Shown here piece by piece: positions 30,902 through 40,288 of a stretch of 64,000 bases of DNA. Source of the stretch: an uncultured candidate division Zixibacteria bacterium (GTDB lineage Bacteria > Zixibacteria > MSB-5A5 > UBA10806 > 4484-95); the NCBI GenBank assembly GCA_963668625.2, contig CAXXKA010000001.1:512001-576000 (forward strand), written 5' to 3'. Both the position numbers and the translations under genes were made by a program. The stretch's first letter is position 1; each line of letters starts with the position of its first letter. The notes beneath the pieces are model-generated. The model saw only the letters and a program-made list of their open reading frames with translations. It was not told where the DNA came from and made no database searches.

Positions 30902-31585
30902 ATGCAATCCAAAGCAATTCTTGTCGGCAATTCCGATGGTATCGGAAAGGCGGTTACTAACCGGCTACTCAAACAGGGCTGGGATGTCATCGGTATCTCC
31001 CGCAGCGAATCCTCTTTGAAACACGAGAAATATCAGCATCACGTTTGTGATGTTGTCTCCGTGCAGTATCACGGGATTCTGGATGCAACGGTACAAACGA
31101 AGCCGGTAGATCTATGCATTTATTTTGCCGGTATCGGAGTGTTTTTAGATCCACTAGATATGAGCGGCGAGGCTAACGTAATCGATGTGAATCTCACTTC
31201 AATGGTCAAGACCGCGGCGGCTGTCGTGCCCGGTATGATCGAACGCGGGCAGGGGCATTTCATCGGTGTCTCTAGTGTCGCCGATGAGCTGATATCGGCG
31301 GAGGCGCCGTCGTATCACGCCTCTAAAGCAGGATTCACCAATTACCTTCGCGGCCTGGCGCTGGCGTTAAAACCCAAAGGCGTATATGTTACCAACGTAC
31401 GTTATGGTTTTGTCGATACTAAGCTTGCCAAAGGCGATATCAAGCCGTTTATGATGACAACCGAAAAGGCCGCCAACCATATGCAGTATTGTATCGATAA
31501 AAAGCCGGTGAACTACACCGCGCCGAAAGTGGTCATTCCGCTAATCAAATTTCGCAGGCTGATGATGAGCCTGGGAGCCAGGTAG
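30902..31585 (+). CDS. SDR family oxidoreductase
   Basis: GNSDGIG, catalytic S...YHASK, GFVDT. Confidence 0.9.
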   Translation: MQSKAILVGNSDGIGKAVTNRLLKQGWDVIGISRSESSLKHEKYQHHVCDVVSVQYHGILDATVQTKPVDLCIYFAGIGVFLDPLDMSGEANVIDVNLTSMVKTAAAVVPGMIERGQGHFIGVSSVADELISAEAPSYHASKAGFTNYLRGLALALKPKGVYVTNVRYGFVDTKLAKGDIKPFMMTTEKAANHMQYCIDKKPVNYTAPKVVIPLIKFRRLMMSLGAR

Positions 31586-31682
31586 ATTCTTGATTAAATC
31601 ATATGTAGATATCAATCAGTGAACATTCAATCTTATCGCTAACCTCACCGATATTCGCTCAAATCAAGAGTGATCAATGATC

Positions 31683-31711
31683 TTGACAAAAAGTACTTTA
31701 TATTCTATATT
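31683..31711 (+). promoter_or_regulatory. Sigma70 promoter, now separated from its gene by MITE copy 6
   Basis: TTGACA-17-TATATT. Confidence 0.65.
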
Positions 31712-31747
31712 CAGCTAAGAATGACTGTTTAATGATATAATATTTTG

Positions 31748-32002
31748 CACTAGTGTCCGGTGTTTTTCGTTAAATTTTAAATTTCTCCTTGGAATTGTTA
31801 ATGAAAAATATTTTCCGATATAATTATTTTATTCAGCGTATCATTCATCCTGACATATCCTGCCGATGTTAGGCTTGGTTTTCTGGTTTCCAAGCGCTGC
31901 TTGGAAACCTTCTTGAATCATGTAGAATGCGCATTCTGCCGGCAAACAAGCCACGTTGCGAAGCAGCGCTTCGCAACGAGATGAAAAGACCGGACAGTAG
32001 TG
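31748..32002 (+). mobile_element. 255-bp MITE copy 6 (subtype B), in a 5' leader
   Basis: TIRs CACTAGTGTCCGG / CCGGACAGTAGTG; TSD AATATTTTG. Confidence 0.95.
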
Positions 32003-32039
32003 AATATTTTGTATTAATGACTTATTTTCGGGAGGAATA

Positions 32040-34142
32040 ATGAATAAGTATCTAATTATATTGGTCGTCTTATTAATGGCGTGTTGTTTATCTACCCTGG
32101 CTGATGAGGCTAATATCGAATATGTAAATTCATTCGGCTGGACTCATGTTCATGATATCAAAATAGAAAGCAGTACGGCATACTGTTTGTTTTTAAACGG
32201 GCTCATAATATTCGATATCTCCGATAGCTCGAGTCCGGAGGAGTTAAGTCGTTTATATCTTCCGGGAAACTACACCTCTACGGCAGAGTACAGTTTGATT
32301 ATAGAAAATAATTATGCTTATATCACCAGGGGAAAAGCCGGCCTGTGCATTGTCGATATCAACGATCCGGCGCAACCTGAGCTTGTAACGAGTTTTATGA
32401 CGCCGACTATTGCCTACGGCATAGATTTAATGGATGATTACGCCGTTGTCTGCGGTAGCGGTGGCTTATACTTAATAGATATAAGCGATCCCGAGAATCC
32501 AATGCTGGAATCGAGACTGGAACCTCGCGGCGGTAACGAGCTACGGGTGTCGGGTCATTATGCTTTCGTCGCTTCTCGCTCCGAGGGAATGCTGGTTTTT
32601 AACCTGAATAATCCTCAGACTATCGAGCTGATAAACGGCTTTCCCGATAATGGCGGATTTCATCAAATAGAGATCGCAGGGGACTATGCTTTCCTGGACA
32701 ATTATTATATGATAGTGCTCGATATATCCGACCCATACGAGATTTCACTCGTAGGCGAAATCGAAACGACCGGTTGTACCAGTGATATAGCGATAGTCGA
32801 TAATCTCGCGTTTGTGGCTCGCAGCCATTATGGCATGACGATTCTCGATATAACCGATCCGGCAAATCCGGCGTTTGTCGGTGGCAGCGATCAGCAGGTA
32901 ACTGCCGATCAAATCGAGGCAGACGGTAATATCGTGATAACTGCTGCGGAGGGAATTAATCTATTTGACGTATCGACGCCATCGAGCCCTGAGTTGATGT
33001 ACTCGTATTCGGAGAACCAAAATGACTTTTATTCGGTTATAGCTGAACAAAACATCCTTTACGCCGGCGGATTTCATATTTATGATATTTCCGATATCCA
33101 AGCTCCGATTGATTTGAACCGTGCTGATTTTAGTGTACAGGATATGGCTCTCGCGGATGATTACACATTTTTTGCCTGTGGTTCGGATGGTTTAAAAGTA
33201 TTCGATACAAGCGATCCTGAAAACTTCAGTCTCGTTTATAGTGATGATAGATTTCTTTCATTATCCGATATTTCGATCGTCGATGATCAGATGTATCTGG
33301 CGGATAATACCGAGGGGTTGAAAGTATACGACATTTCTGATCGTGAGGATCCACAGTTTCTCTGGGATTATGTCATCCCCCACCGTGCTATAAATAATAT
33401 TGTTGTTGATGATACGATAGCTTTCATTTCGGTACATGAGCATGGCCTGCAGATAGTGAATTTCAGTAATCCCGATCAACCTGCAATTATTTACGAAATC
33501 ACTGAGCATTTATTCGATACACCCTATGAGGTGGTTTTGGGCGATGGTTTCGCTTATTTAACTCTGGGATGGAATTTGATAGTATTCGATATTGCCGATC
33601 TTTCGAATCCAATCCTGGCTGATTCGGTCCATATGAGGGGGGATGTCAGGAAGATGGATTTAGTTGATAATTACCTGTTTCTGGCTAATGAGGATTTATC
33701 CGTTTTCGATGTTTCCGATCCGTACAACATTATTGAACTGGGATATTGTATGACGCCGGGACGTTCCCGTGATGTTATTTATCATAATGAGCATATATTT
33801 TTAGCCGATGGCGCATCCGTAACGGTGTTCAGGCTGAATATCACATCCATAACCGATGATCCTGATCCCCACCTCCCATCATCTTTCGTGTTATCGCAGA
33901 ATTACCCTAATCCGTTTAATGCCTCAACCACGATCAGGTATGAATTACCGATTACCTCGAGGGTAAAGGTCGATATATATGATATTCTCGGGAGAAACGT
34001 AGAATCGCTGGTTGACCGGATAAAGCCTGCGGGATATCATCAAGTAACATGGCATGCTGATGATTTGCCATCCGGTGTATATTTTTACAAAATACAGGCC
34101 GGAGAATTATCCGAAACCAACAAGATGTTATTGGTTAAATAG
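32040..34142 (+). CDS. LVIVD-repeat beta-propeller surface protein with CTD
   Basis: Repeated GL.I.DISDP..P units, signal peptide, QNYPNPFN...KMLLVK. Confidence 0.9.
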   Translation: MNKYLIILVVLLMACCLSTLADEANIEYVNSFGWTHVHDIKIESSTAYCLFLNGLIIFDISDSSSPEELSRLYLPGNYTSTAEYSLIIENNYAYITRGKAGLCIVDINDPAQPELVTSFMTPTIAYGIDLMDDYAVVCGSGGLYLIDISDPENPMLESRLEPRGGNELRVSGHYAFVASRSEGMLVFNLNNPQTIELINGFPDNGGFHQIEIAGDYAFLDNYYMIVLDISDPYEISLVGEIETTGCTSDIAIVDNLAFVARSHYGMTILDITDPANPAFVGGSDQQVTADQIEADGNIVITAAEGINLFDVSTPSSPELMYSYSENQNDFYSVIAEQNILYAGGFHIYDISDIQAPIDLNRADFSVQDMALADDYTFFACGSDGLKVFDTSDPENFSLVYSDDRFLSLSDISIVDDQMYLADNTEGLKVYDISDREDPQFLWDYVIPHRAINNIVVDDTIAFISVHEHGLQIVNFSNPDQPAIIYEITEHLFDTPYEVVLGDGFAYLTLGWNLIVFDIADLSNPILADSVHMRGDVRKMDLVDNYLFLANEDLSVFDVSDPYNIIELGYCMTPGRSRDVIYHNEHIFLADGASVTVFRLNITSITDDPDPHLPSSFVLSQNYPNPFNASTTIRYELPITSRVKVDIYDILGRNVESLVDRIKPAGYHQVTWHADDLPSGVYFYKIQAGELSETNKMLLVK

Positions 34143-34227
34143 ATTTATATTGATGCGGCGGTTTTCAATTCCGCCAAATGGATTATTTTTAAGCATGATT
34201 CTTTTAAATAATCATTATATATCGTAG

Positions 34228-34341
34228 TTCCCTGTTTTCCAGGCGGCTCTTGGGAACCTTCTTGAGTAATGCAGCATGCGCATTTTATCGGCAGGCAAGC
34301 CTCGTCACAAAACAGCATTTCGCAACGAGGGGGTAGCAGTG
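34228..34341 (+). mobile_element. Decayed partial MITE (right half)
   Basis: gaaccttcttgagtaatgcagcatgcgcatttt...ttcgcaacgag...gcagtg aligns to the element. Confidence 0.7.
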
Positions 34342-34454
34342 ATAGCAAGCATAAAATACTATCATAGGTTTTAAAACATCCCTGAATACCCGATTATCAA
34401 TATATACTAAAAATCCCTTGCCTCGAACCGCTAAATCCCTTATCAATCATCACT

Positions 34455-35087
34455 ATGAAAAGAACTCTGCTTTGTGTAATGGTATTGCTTACATTTTTAA
34501 GTTGTGGACGGCGGGCGTATATCAGCCCGGAGCCCCATTTTGATTGGCCGGAGATGCATTCAAGCTTGATTAGCGGAAAGCTCGGAATACACATACCGGA
34601 GGATATTTTAAGCAAAGCGTATAAGCCATCCGAGACTACCGATTGTTGTAAACATAAAGCTATTGATTTAGGTAAAGGCCTGCTAAGATTTTCCGAGCAA
34701 TCGGCCAATTCGGTTTTCAGCGAGGTCAGGATTTTAGAGGCTAAGCCTAACGATACATATATCAAATCGTTAGAACTTCGCGGCCTGCTGAATTTCAAGG
34801 ATGCAGGCATGGTTGTCGAGTTTATGCCTTATGTCGAACCGGAGTACGGGGCTGATAATATCTACCAGTACAATATCAGGCTCAGCCTGAATATCGAGCT
34901 AACCTCGATTGACTTCATGCTCAATGATATTCGGGGTTTCAGTATAAATATTGAAAACGAAAGCACCCAGCCGATACCTCGTCACAGGATAAACGCCGCA
35001 TTGCAAAATCTCGTCGATGAGCTTTTCGAGTTAGCCGCTGATCACCTCGCCAAACAGATTATAAATATGTACGGCGCCAGAACTTAA
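34455..35087 (+). CDS. Lipoprotein, function unknown
   Basis: Lipobox FLSC. Confidence 0.7.
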   Translation: MKRTLLCVMVLLTFLSCGRRAYISPEPHFDWPEMHSSLISGKLGIHIPEDILSKAYKPSETTDCCKHKAIDLGKGLLRFSEQSANSVFSEVRILEAKPNDTYIKSLELRGLLNFKDAGMVVEFMPYVEPEYGADNIYQYNIRLSLNIELTSIDFMLNDIRGFSINIENESTQPIPRHRINAALQNLVDELFELAADHLAKQIINMYGART

Positions 35088-35096
35088 GGACTTCTT

Positions 35097-37901
35097 TTGA
35101 ATATTCAGCTTGATACTTTCTATAGTATAGATTTAGAGACCACCGGAATCGACGCCAGCGCTGACCGTATCACCGAAATAGGCGTGGTAAAATACGTGCG
35201 AGGGGAGAGGATAGAGACATTCTCCCAACTTGTTAACCCCGGTGTATCGATAACGCCGGAAATAGTCGGGCTGACCGGTATCGATAATTCGATGGTTGCC
35301 GAGGCACCCCCGATCGGCGAAGTGATGCCGGAGCTGGAAGCGTTTTTGGGCGAATCACCTTTGCTCTTGGGCCAGAACGTCAGGTTCGATATCGCGTTTT
35401 TGAAACATCATTTGTCGCTTCAATATCTGGCTATAGTCGATGAGTTCTTTCTCGATTCGGCTGCGCTTGCCCGTCTATGCTGGCCTGGACTCAGTCATTA
35501 CGCCCTGGCCGGATTGACCGATTTCCTGAATATCAAGCAGGAATCAGCCCATCGAGCATTACCGGATGCCGAGGTTACGGCAAAAGTATATCTTTATCAA
35601 CTGGCGGCAATCAGCAAGCTAGAACCTAAACTGAAAAACGTAGTCGCCGGAGTGCTCTTTGGACTGCCATATAAGGGGCAGGTATTAGAGTCGCTTGAAA
35701 ACCTGCCGGACAATCTTCCCGAACCGATTGTTTACAGTTACGATTACGGCGACAACATCCTGGGAGAAAAACAACTCGAGCCGAAAGATGATTTTATCGA
35801 TATAGATAATGATGAGGTAAATGAGATTTTCGACAGCGGTCTTCGTGAACTGATAGATGGTTACGAGGAGCGCCCCCAGCAAATCGAGATGGCCTCGAAG
35901 GTTGCGACCGCTTTCAACAATGCCGAGATACTTCTGGCCGAGGCGCCGACCGGTGTTGGCAAGTCGCTATCTTACCTGGTACCCTCAGTGCTATGGGCAA
36001 AGCAGAACGGCGAAAGCGTGCTGATTTCGACCCAGACAAAGAACCTCCAGGACCAACTTTTCAACAAAGATATACCTCTTCTAAAACAAGCTATGGATTT
36101 CGATTTCAAAGCCGTATTATTAAAAGGCCGGGGAAACTATCTCTGTTTGTTCAAATATTATGAGCTAATTAACGAGGCGATCAGCCACTACGGTATGGAT
36201 GAGCGTATTGCCTTGATGTCTGTCGTGCTCTGGGCCGAAACCACCAAAACCGGCGATTTCGCCGAGTGCACCGGTTTTTTTCCGGGGCGGTATCGCTATT
36301 TGTGGTCGCGCATGTCCTGCGAGGGTAATTTCTGTTTGGGACGGGTTTGCCGTTACTATAAGCAATGCTACCTGTACAGGGTGAGAAACGCCGCCGCCAC
36401 GGCGCATCTGAGAGTAATTAATCATTACCTGATGTTTGCCGATTTCGGTTCGGGGGGCGATTTGATTCAATCCTCCGGGCAGGCGATAATGGATGAAGCG
36501 CATAACCTGGAGAAAGTAGCCGCCGGCTATCTCGGGCCGGAATTGAATCAGAACCTGTTCATTACCGCATTTAACCAGGTTTATACTATAAAACCGATAG
36601 AGACCGGTTTCCTGACACTGGTGAAATCCAGAATGTTCGATCTGGATGAGGAATTGCAGGATACGTTCGAGAAAATAGTCGGCAAAATACAGAGCAAGCT
36701 GTTAAGAGCGAGAGGGAAGATCGGCGAGTTTTTCGATAAGCTCTCGCGCGCGGTGGTTAAAACTCCGGCGGGATACAGAGATAACCGCGAGATCAGCTAT
36801 ACCTCGCTAACCGGATATATTGCTCCGGAGCTGATCGATGATTCGATTATCGCCGTGAAGACGATCGAATCGATGATACTCGATCTCGCCGATGAGATAG
36901 AGACCGCTGATGATTTCAAAGATAAAGCCGAACTGACAATACGCGCCCGGGCAATTGCCCAGGATATATTGGAACTGCGGAGATCGCTGGAATTCCTGAC
37001 TTATCCCGATGAGAAAGACTATGTCTACTGGATGGAACTGGGGCCTAAAAGGGATGTCCGCCTTCAGTGCGCGCCTTTAAATGTCGGAAATATCCTTGAT
37101 GATAAACTGTACGGCCAGTTGAAAACCATCGTTATGTGTTCGGCTACCCTGTCGGTTGCAGGTAATTTCGAATTCTACAAGAATCGTCTGGGATTTAATC
37201 TTTCCTCCAAAGAGAGAGTTACCGAGATTGCTCTGGATAGCCCGTTTAATTTAAAACAACATGTGGGATTTTTCGAGGCGGGATTCATGCCGATTCCGAA
37301 TTCCAAGAATTTCGATAGCGAAGCGGCTAAAACCATCTATCAGTTGTTCAGCTCGACGAAAGTGCGAGGTATGGTGTTGTTTACCTCCTATAGATCGATC
37401 GAATCGGTTATAAACTCGATAGGCGAGAAACTGATTAAAAATGGTTTCGAGTTATTCGTGCAGGGTAACAATATAAGCCCGTTTCAATTGCTTTCACGAT
37501 ACCGGCAATCCTCACAGGGGATAATATTCGGTACCGATAGTTTCTGGGAGGGAGTCGATCTGCCCGGTAACGAATTGGAACTTCTGGTGATAGCCAAGCT
37601 GCCGTTTGCCGTACCCGATCGGCCCTGGACAAAAGCCAATCTCGATAAGATAGAGCGCGAGGGCGGCAACCCGTTCATGGATTTCTCATTGCCCGAGGCC
37701 GTTATCAAGTTCAGACAGGGATTTGGCCGCCTGATCAGGAAGAAAACCGATAAGGGCTGTGTGGTATCTCTCGATTCGCGTTTGAGCGGCAAGCAATACG
37801 GACGGTTATTCCAGATGTCGGTAAAACCGAATATGAAAGTTTGTCCGAACCTCGAATCGTTGATACATTCGATTGGCAAATATTACGAAATTAATAGATA
37901 A
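35097..37901 (+). CDS. dinG: DnaQ-type exonuclease / DinG-family helicase fusion
   Basis: DLETTG..HRALPDA (DEDDh), EAPTGVGKS, DEAH, FWEGVD, QGFGRLIR, Fe-S cysteines. Confidence 0.9.
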   Translation: MNIQLDTFYSIDLETTGIDASADRITEIGVVKYVRGERIETFSQLVNPGVSITPEIVGLTGIDNSMVAEAPPIGEVMPELEAFLGESPLLLGQNVRFDIAFLKHHLSLQYLAIVDEFFLDSAALARLCWPGLSHYALAGLTDFLNIKQESAHRALPDAEVTAKVYLYQLAAISKLEPKLKNVVAGVLFGLPYKGQVLESLENLPDNLPEPIVYSYDYGDNILGEKQLEPKDDFIDIDNDEVNEIFDSGLRELIDGYEERPQQIEMASKVATAFNNAEILLAEAPTGVGKSLSYLVPSVLWAKQNGESVLISTQTKNLQDQLFNKDIPLLKQAMDFDFKAVLLKGRGNYLCLFKYYELINEAISHYGMDERIALMSVVLWAETTKTGDFAECTGFFPGRYRYLWSRMSCEGNFCLGRVCRYYKQCYLYRVRNAAATAHLRVINHYLMFADFGSGGDLIQSSGQAIMDEAHNLEKVAAGYLGPELNQNLFITAFNQVYTIKPIETGFLTLVKSRMFDLDEELQDTFEKIVGKIQSKLLRARGKIGEFFDKLSRAVVKTPAGYRDNREISYTSLTGYIAPELIDDSIIAVKTIESMILDLADEIETADDFKDKAELTIRARAIAQDILELRRSLEFLTYPDEKDYVYWMELGPKRDVRLQCAPLNVGNILDDKLYGQLKTIVMCSATLSVAGNFEFYKNRLGFNLSSKERVTEIALDSPFNLKQHVGFFEAGFMPIPNSKNFDSEAAKTIYQLFSSTKVRGMVLFTSYRSIESVINSIGEKLIKNGFELFVQGNNISPFQLLSRYRQSSQGIIFGTDSFWEGVDLPGNELELLVIAKLPFAVPDRPWTKANLDKIEREGGNPFMDFSLPEAVIKFRQGFGRLIRKKTDKGCVVSLDSRLSGKQYGRLFQMSVKPNMKVCPNLESLIHSIGKYYEINR

Positions 37902-38103
37902 AACTTGCCAATTTGACCCCGATGACAATTTCATTTACTCCGTTTGAAGCCTCATTATGAAAATCTTGTTATAATCGTATATTTTACTTTTTATATCCAA
38001 TATCCTGCCGATAGAATAAATAAAGAAAATGCGCATAAAGCGCGGGTTTTAAGGGTGATTAATTGCCTTGAACGGAAAAATAATTACGGGATAGAGATAA
38101 TTG

Positions 38104-39549
38104 ATGGCTGTTGATACGCTTACCGCGAAAGCTCGTTTATTAATCGTCGATGATGACGCTAACCTGGTAGATACTTTCAGCGAATATCTGGAGAATTTTG
38201 ATTTCGCTCTGGATGTCGCCAAGACCGGGCAAGAGGCGTTGGAGATGGTTAAAACAGGTAAATACGACCTCATGCTTCTGGATATAAAGCTGCCGGATTT
38301 TTCGGGCATGGAGGTTTTAAAACAGGTCAAGCAGATTAAAAACGAACTGCCGGTGATGATTATGACCGGCTATATATCTACCGATTCGGCTATCGAGGCT
38401 ATGAAACACGGCGCTCATGAATTTATCACCAAGCCTTTCGATCTCGATAGCGTGATGGGAATTATCAACCGTCTGGTAAAACAGGCGCCTCCGATGCGCG
38501 GCCTGGCTACTTTCAGCGTTGCTCCGAAAATTGTCGAGGACGCGATCATCGGCCAGACACCGGAGATGGTCGAGATCGCCAAGATAATCGGCCAGGTGGC
38601 CGCCACTGATGCCTCTGTGCTGATTTTAGGCGAGTCGGGTACCGGTAAGGAACTGGTAGCCCGGTCTATCTATGCTAATTCGCTTCGTTGCGATAAGCCG
38701 TTTCTCTCGGTAAACTGCGCCGCCTTGCCTGATACGCTGTTGGAATCGGAGTTGTTCGGCCATGAAAAGGGCTCGTTCACCGGAGCGTATACCCGCAAGC
38801 TGGGTAAGTTCGAACAGTGTAACGCCGGCACGATCTTCTTGGATGAGGTCGCTGATATGAGCCTTGTTACTCAGAGCAAAGTCCTGCGCGTTCTTCAGCA
38901 GCAGGAGTTCGAACGTGTCGGTGGTAACCAGACTATCAAAGTCGATGTTCGAGTGATTGCCGCGACTAATAAGTCGTTGGTAAATATGATAAAAGATAGT
39001 TCATTTAGAGTAGACCTTTACTATCGTTTGAAAGTAGTTTCGGTATTTTTACCGCCTCTTCGCGAACGCCGCGCCGATATACCGCTTCTGGCAAATCATT
39101 TTATCCGCTTGTATGCTCAGCAAACCAATCGCGAGGAATTAAGCATATCCAAAGATGCCTTAAGCGGTCTTATGAGATACCCATGGCCGGGCAATGTCAG
39201 GGAACTCGAAAACAACGTACATTCGGCGGTGGTGATGTCAAAAGGTGATGTTCTCCAGCCGGATCATTTCCCGGTGCTCTCTGGCGAGGTAGAGAAAGTC
39301 GAGCTCGATTTATCGCAAATAGATGATGATTATTGCAGGATGTTCACCGAGATCATCGATAATAATTTCGACAAAATCGTTGGTATATCCGGTAATCATG
39401 TTTATTCGCATCTAAACTCGGCTTTGGAGAAAGCTGTTATATCAGCAGCGCTTAAATTCACCGGCTCCAACCAGGTGAAAGCCGCCGAGCTGTTGGGGGT
39501 GTCACGAAATACGCTTCGTGACAGGATAGCCAAATATGGGCTGTATTGA
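38104..39549 (+). CDS. Sigma54-dependent response regulator (REC-AAA+-Fis HTH)
   Basis: LLDIKLP, GESGTGKE, GSFTGA, WPGNVREL, NQVKAAELLG. Confidence 0.95.
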   Translation: MAVDTLTAKARLLIVDDDANLVDTFSEYLENFDFALDVAKTGQEALEMVKTGKYDLMLLDIKLPDFSGMEVLKQVKQIKNELPVMIMTGYISTDSAIEAMKHGAHEFITKPFDLDSVMGIINRLVKQAPPMRGLATFSVAPKIVEDAIIGQTPEMVEIAKIIGQVAATDASVLILGESGTGKELVARSIYANSLRCDKPFLSVNCAALPDTLLESELFGHEKGSFTGAYTRKLGKFEQCNAGTIFLDEVADMSLVTQSKVLRVLQQQEFERVGGNQTIKVDVRVIAATNKSLVNMIKDSSFRVDLYYRLKVVSVFLPPLRERRADIPLLANHFIRLYAQQTNREELSISKDALSGLMRYPWPGNVRELENNVHSAVVMSKGDVLQPDHFPVLSGEVEKVELDLSQIDDDYCRMFTEIIDNNFDKIVGISGNHVYSHLNSALEKAVISAALKFTGSNQVKAAELLGVSRNTLRDRIAKYGLY

Positions 39550-39556
39550 TATCTGC

Positions 39557-39583
39557 GTAGGTTGAAACCCCTGCGGTTTCGAC
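39557..39583 (+). repeat. GTAG REP (second family) between convergent genes
   Basis: GTAGGTTGAAACCCCTGCGGTTTCGAC, one mismatch to 11577-11603. Confidence 0.7.
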
Positions 39584-39595
39584 TAGTTTCCCAAC

Positions 39596-40102
39596 TCAAT
39601 ACAACCAACTCCGATACTCATCAATAAATTCTTTCATATCCTCAAACAACCACACCATACGATCGGCAAACCATACCTTGCTGATAAATATCAACATTCC
39701 ACCGAAAGCCGTCATCCATATATCGAGAACGACCAGTCCCCAGACAAATGGGATAATGCCAATCGAACTACCTGCGGAAAGGATATTAGGCATGACTTTA
39801 TGATGCGCCGGTACCGGTATCGTTTTACGATTTAGCCAGACTCTTTCGCCAAGCACTACTTTCGAGGCCCAGTTGTTAGTGCTTTTCGGCTCAGGGAAAA
39901 CGCGCGGATTTAGCCACATCCATATAAATACGATAGCTATTGGCAGAGCCGACCACCAGCCCAGCCATATCCTGCTCCAAAAAGCCGGGATAAGAAGCGG
40001 TATCAAGGAAAAGCGCGAGTAAACGCTCCGGGGGTTCGTGTGCCGCCGCCACGTTCTATCATCCATTTTAAACAGTGATGCTATTACTTTTTCAACGGAC
40101 AT
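39596..40102 (-). CDS. Membrane protein (DUF6653-like)
   Basis: WRRHTNP.SVYSRF, WLNPRVFPEP, WASKVVLGERVWL; TM helices. Confidence 0.7.
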   Translation of the reverse strand: MSVEKVIASLFKMDDRTWRRHTNPRSVYSRFSLIPLLIPAFWSRIWLGWWSALPIAIVFIWMWLNPRVFPEPKSTNNWASKVVLGERVWLNRKTIPVPAHHKVMPNILSAGSSIGIIPFVWGLVVLDIWMTAFGGMLIFISKVWFADRMVWLFEDMKEFIDEYRSWLY

Positions 40103-40288
40103 ATTGAGGTCACTTTATCAGATAGGCCGGGGGATGTCAAGCTCATAAAGAAATGCGAGTTTTTCTCACAGTACTCATTATGGCTATAGCCGGAATGGAT
40201 TATATTTTAGAGTCATGCAAGCGCCGTTTACTGCACAAATATGCATTATTCGGTTGACAGCTATATCCATACATACTAATTTAAACGC

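Noticed and set aside
7143-32002. 255-bp repeats as a CRISPR array or integron attC sites
   Set aside because: They are dispersed, too long, in both orientations and bounded by TIRs with 9-bp TSDs; no cas or integrase gene is present
35097-37901. DinG as a type IV CRISPR or defence helicase
   Set aside because: It is the ordinary DnaQ-DinG fusion in a housekeeping context with no cas genes
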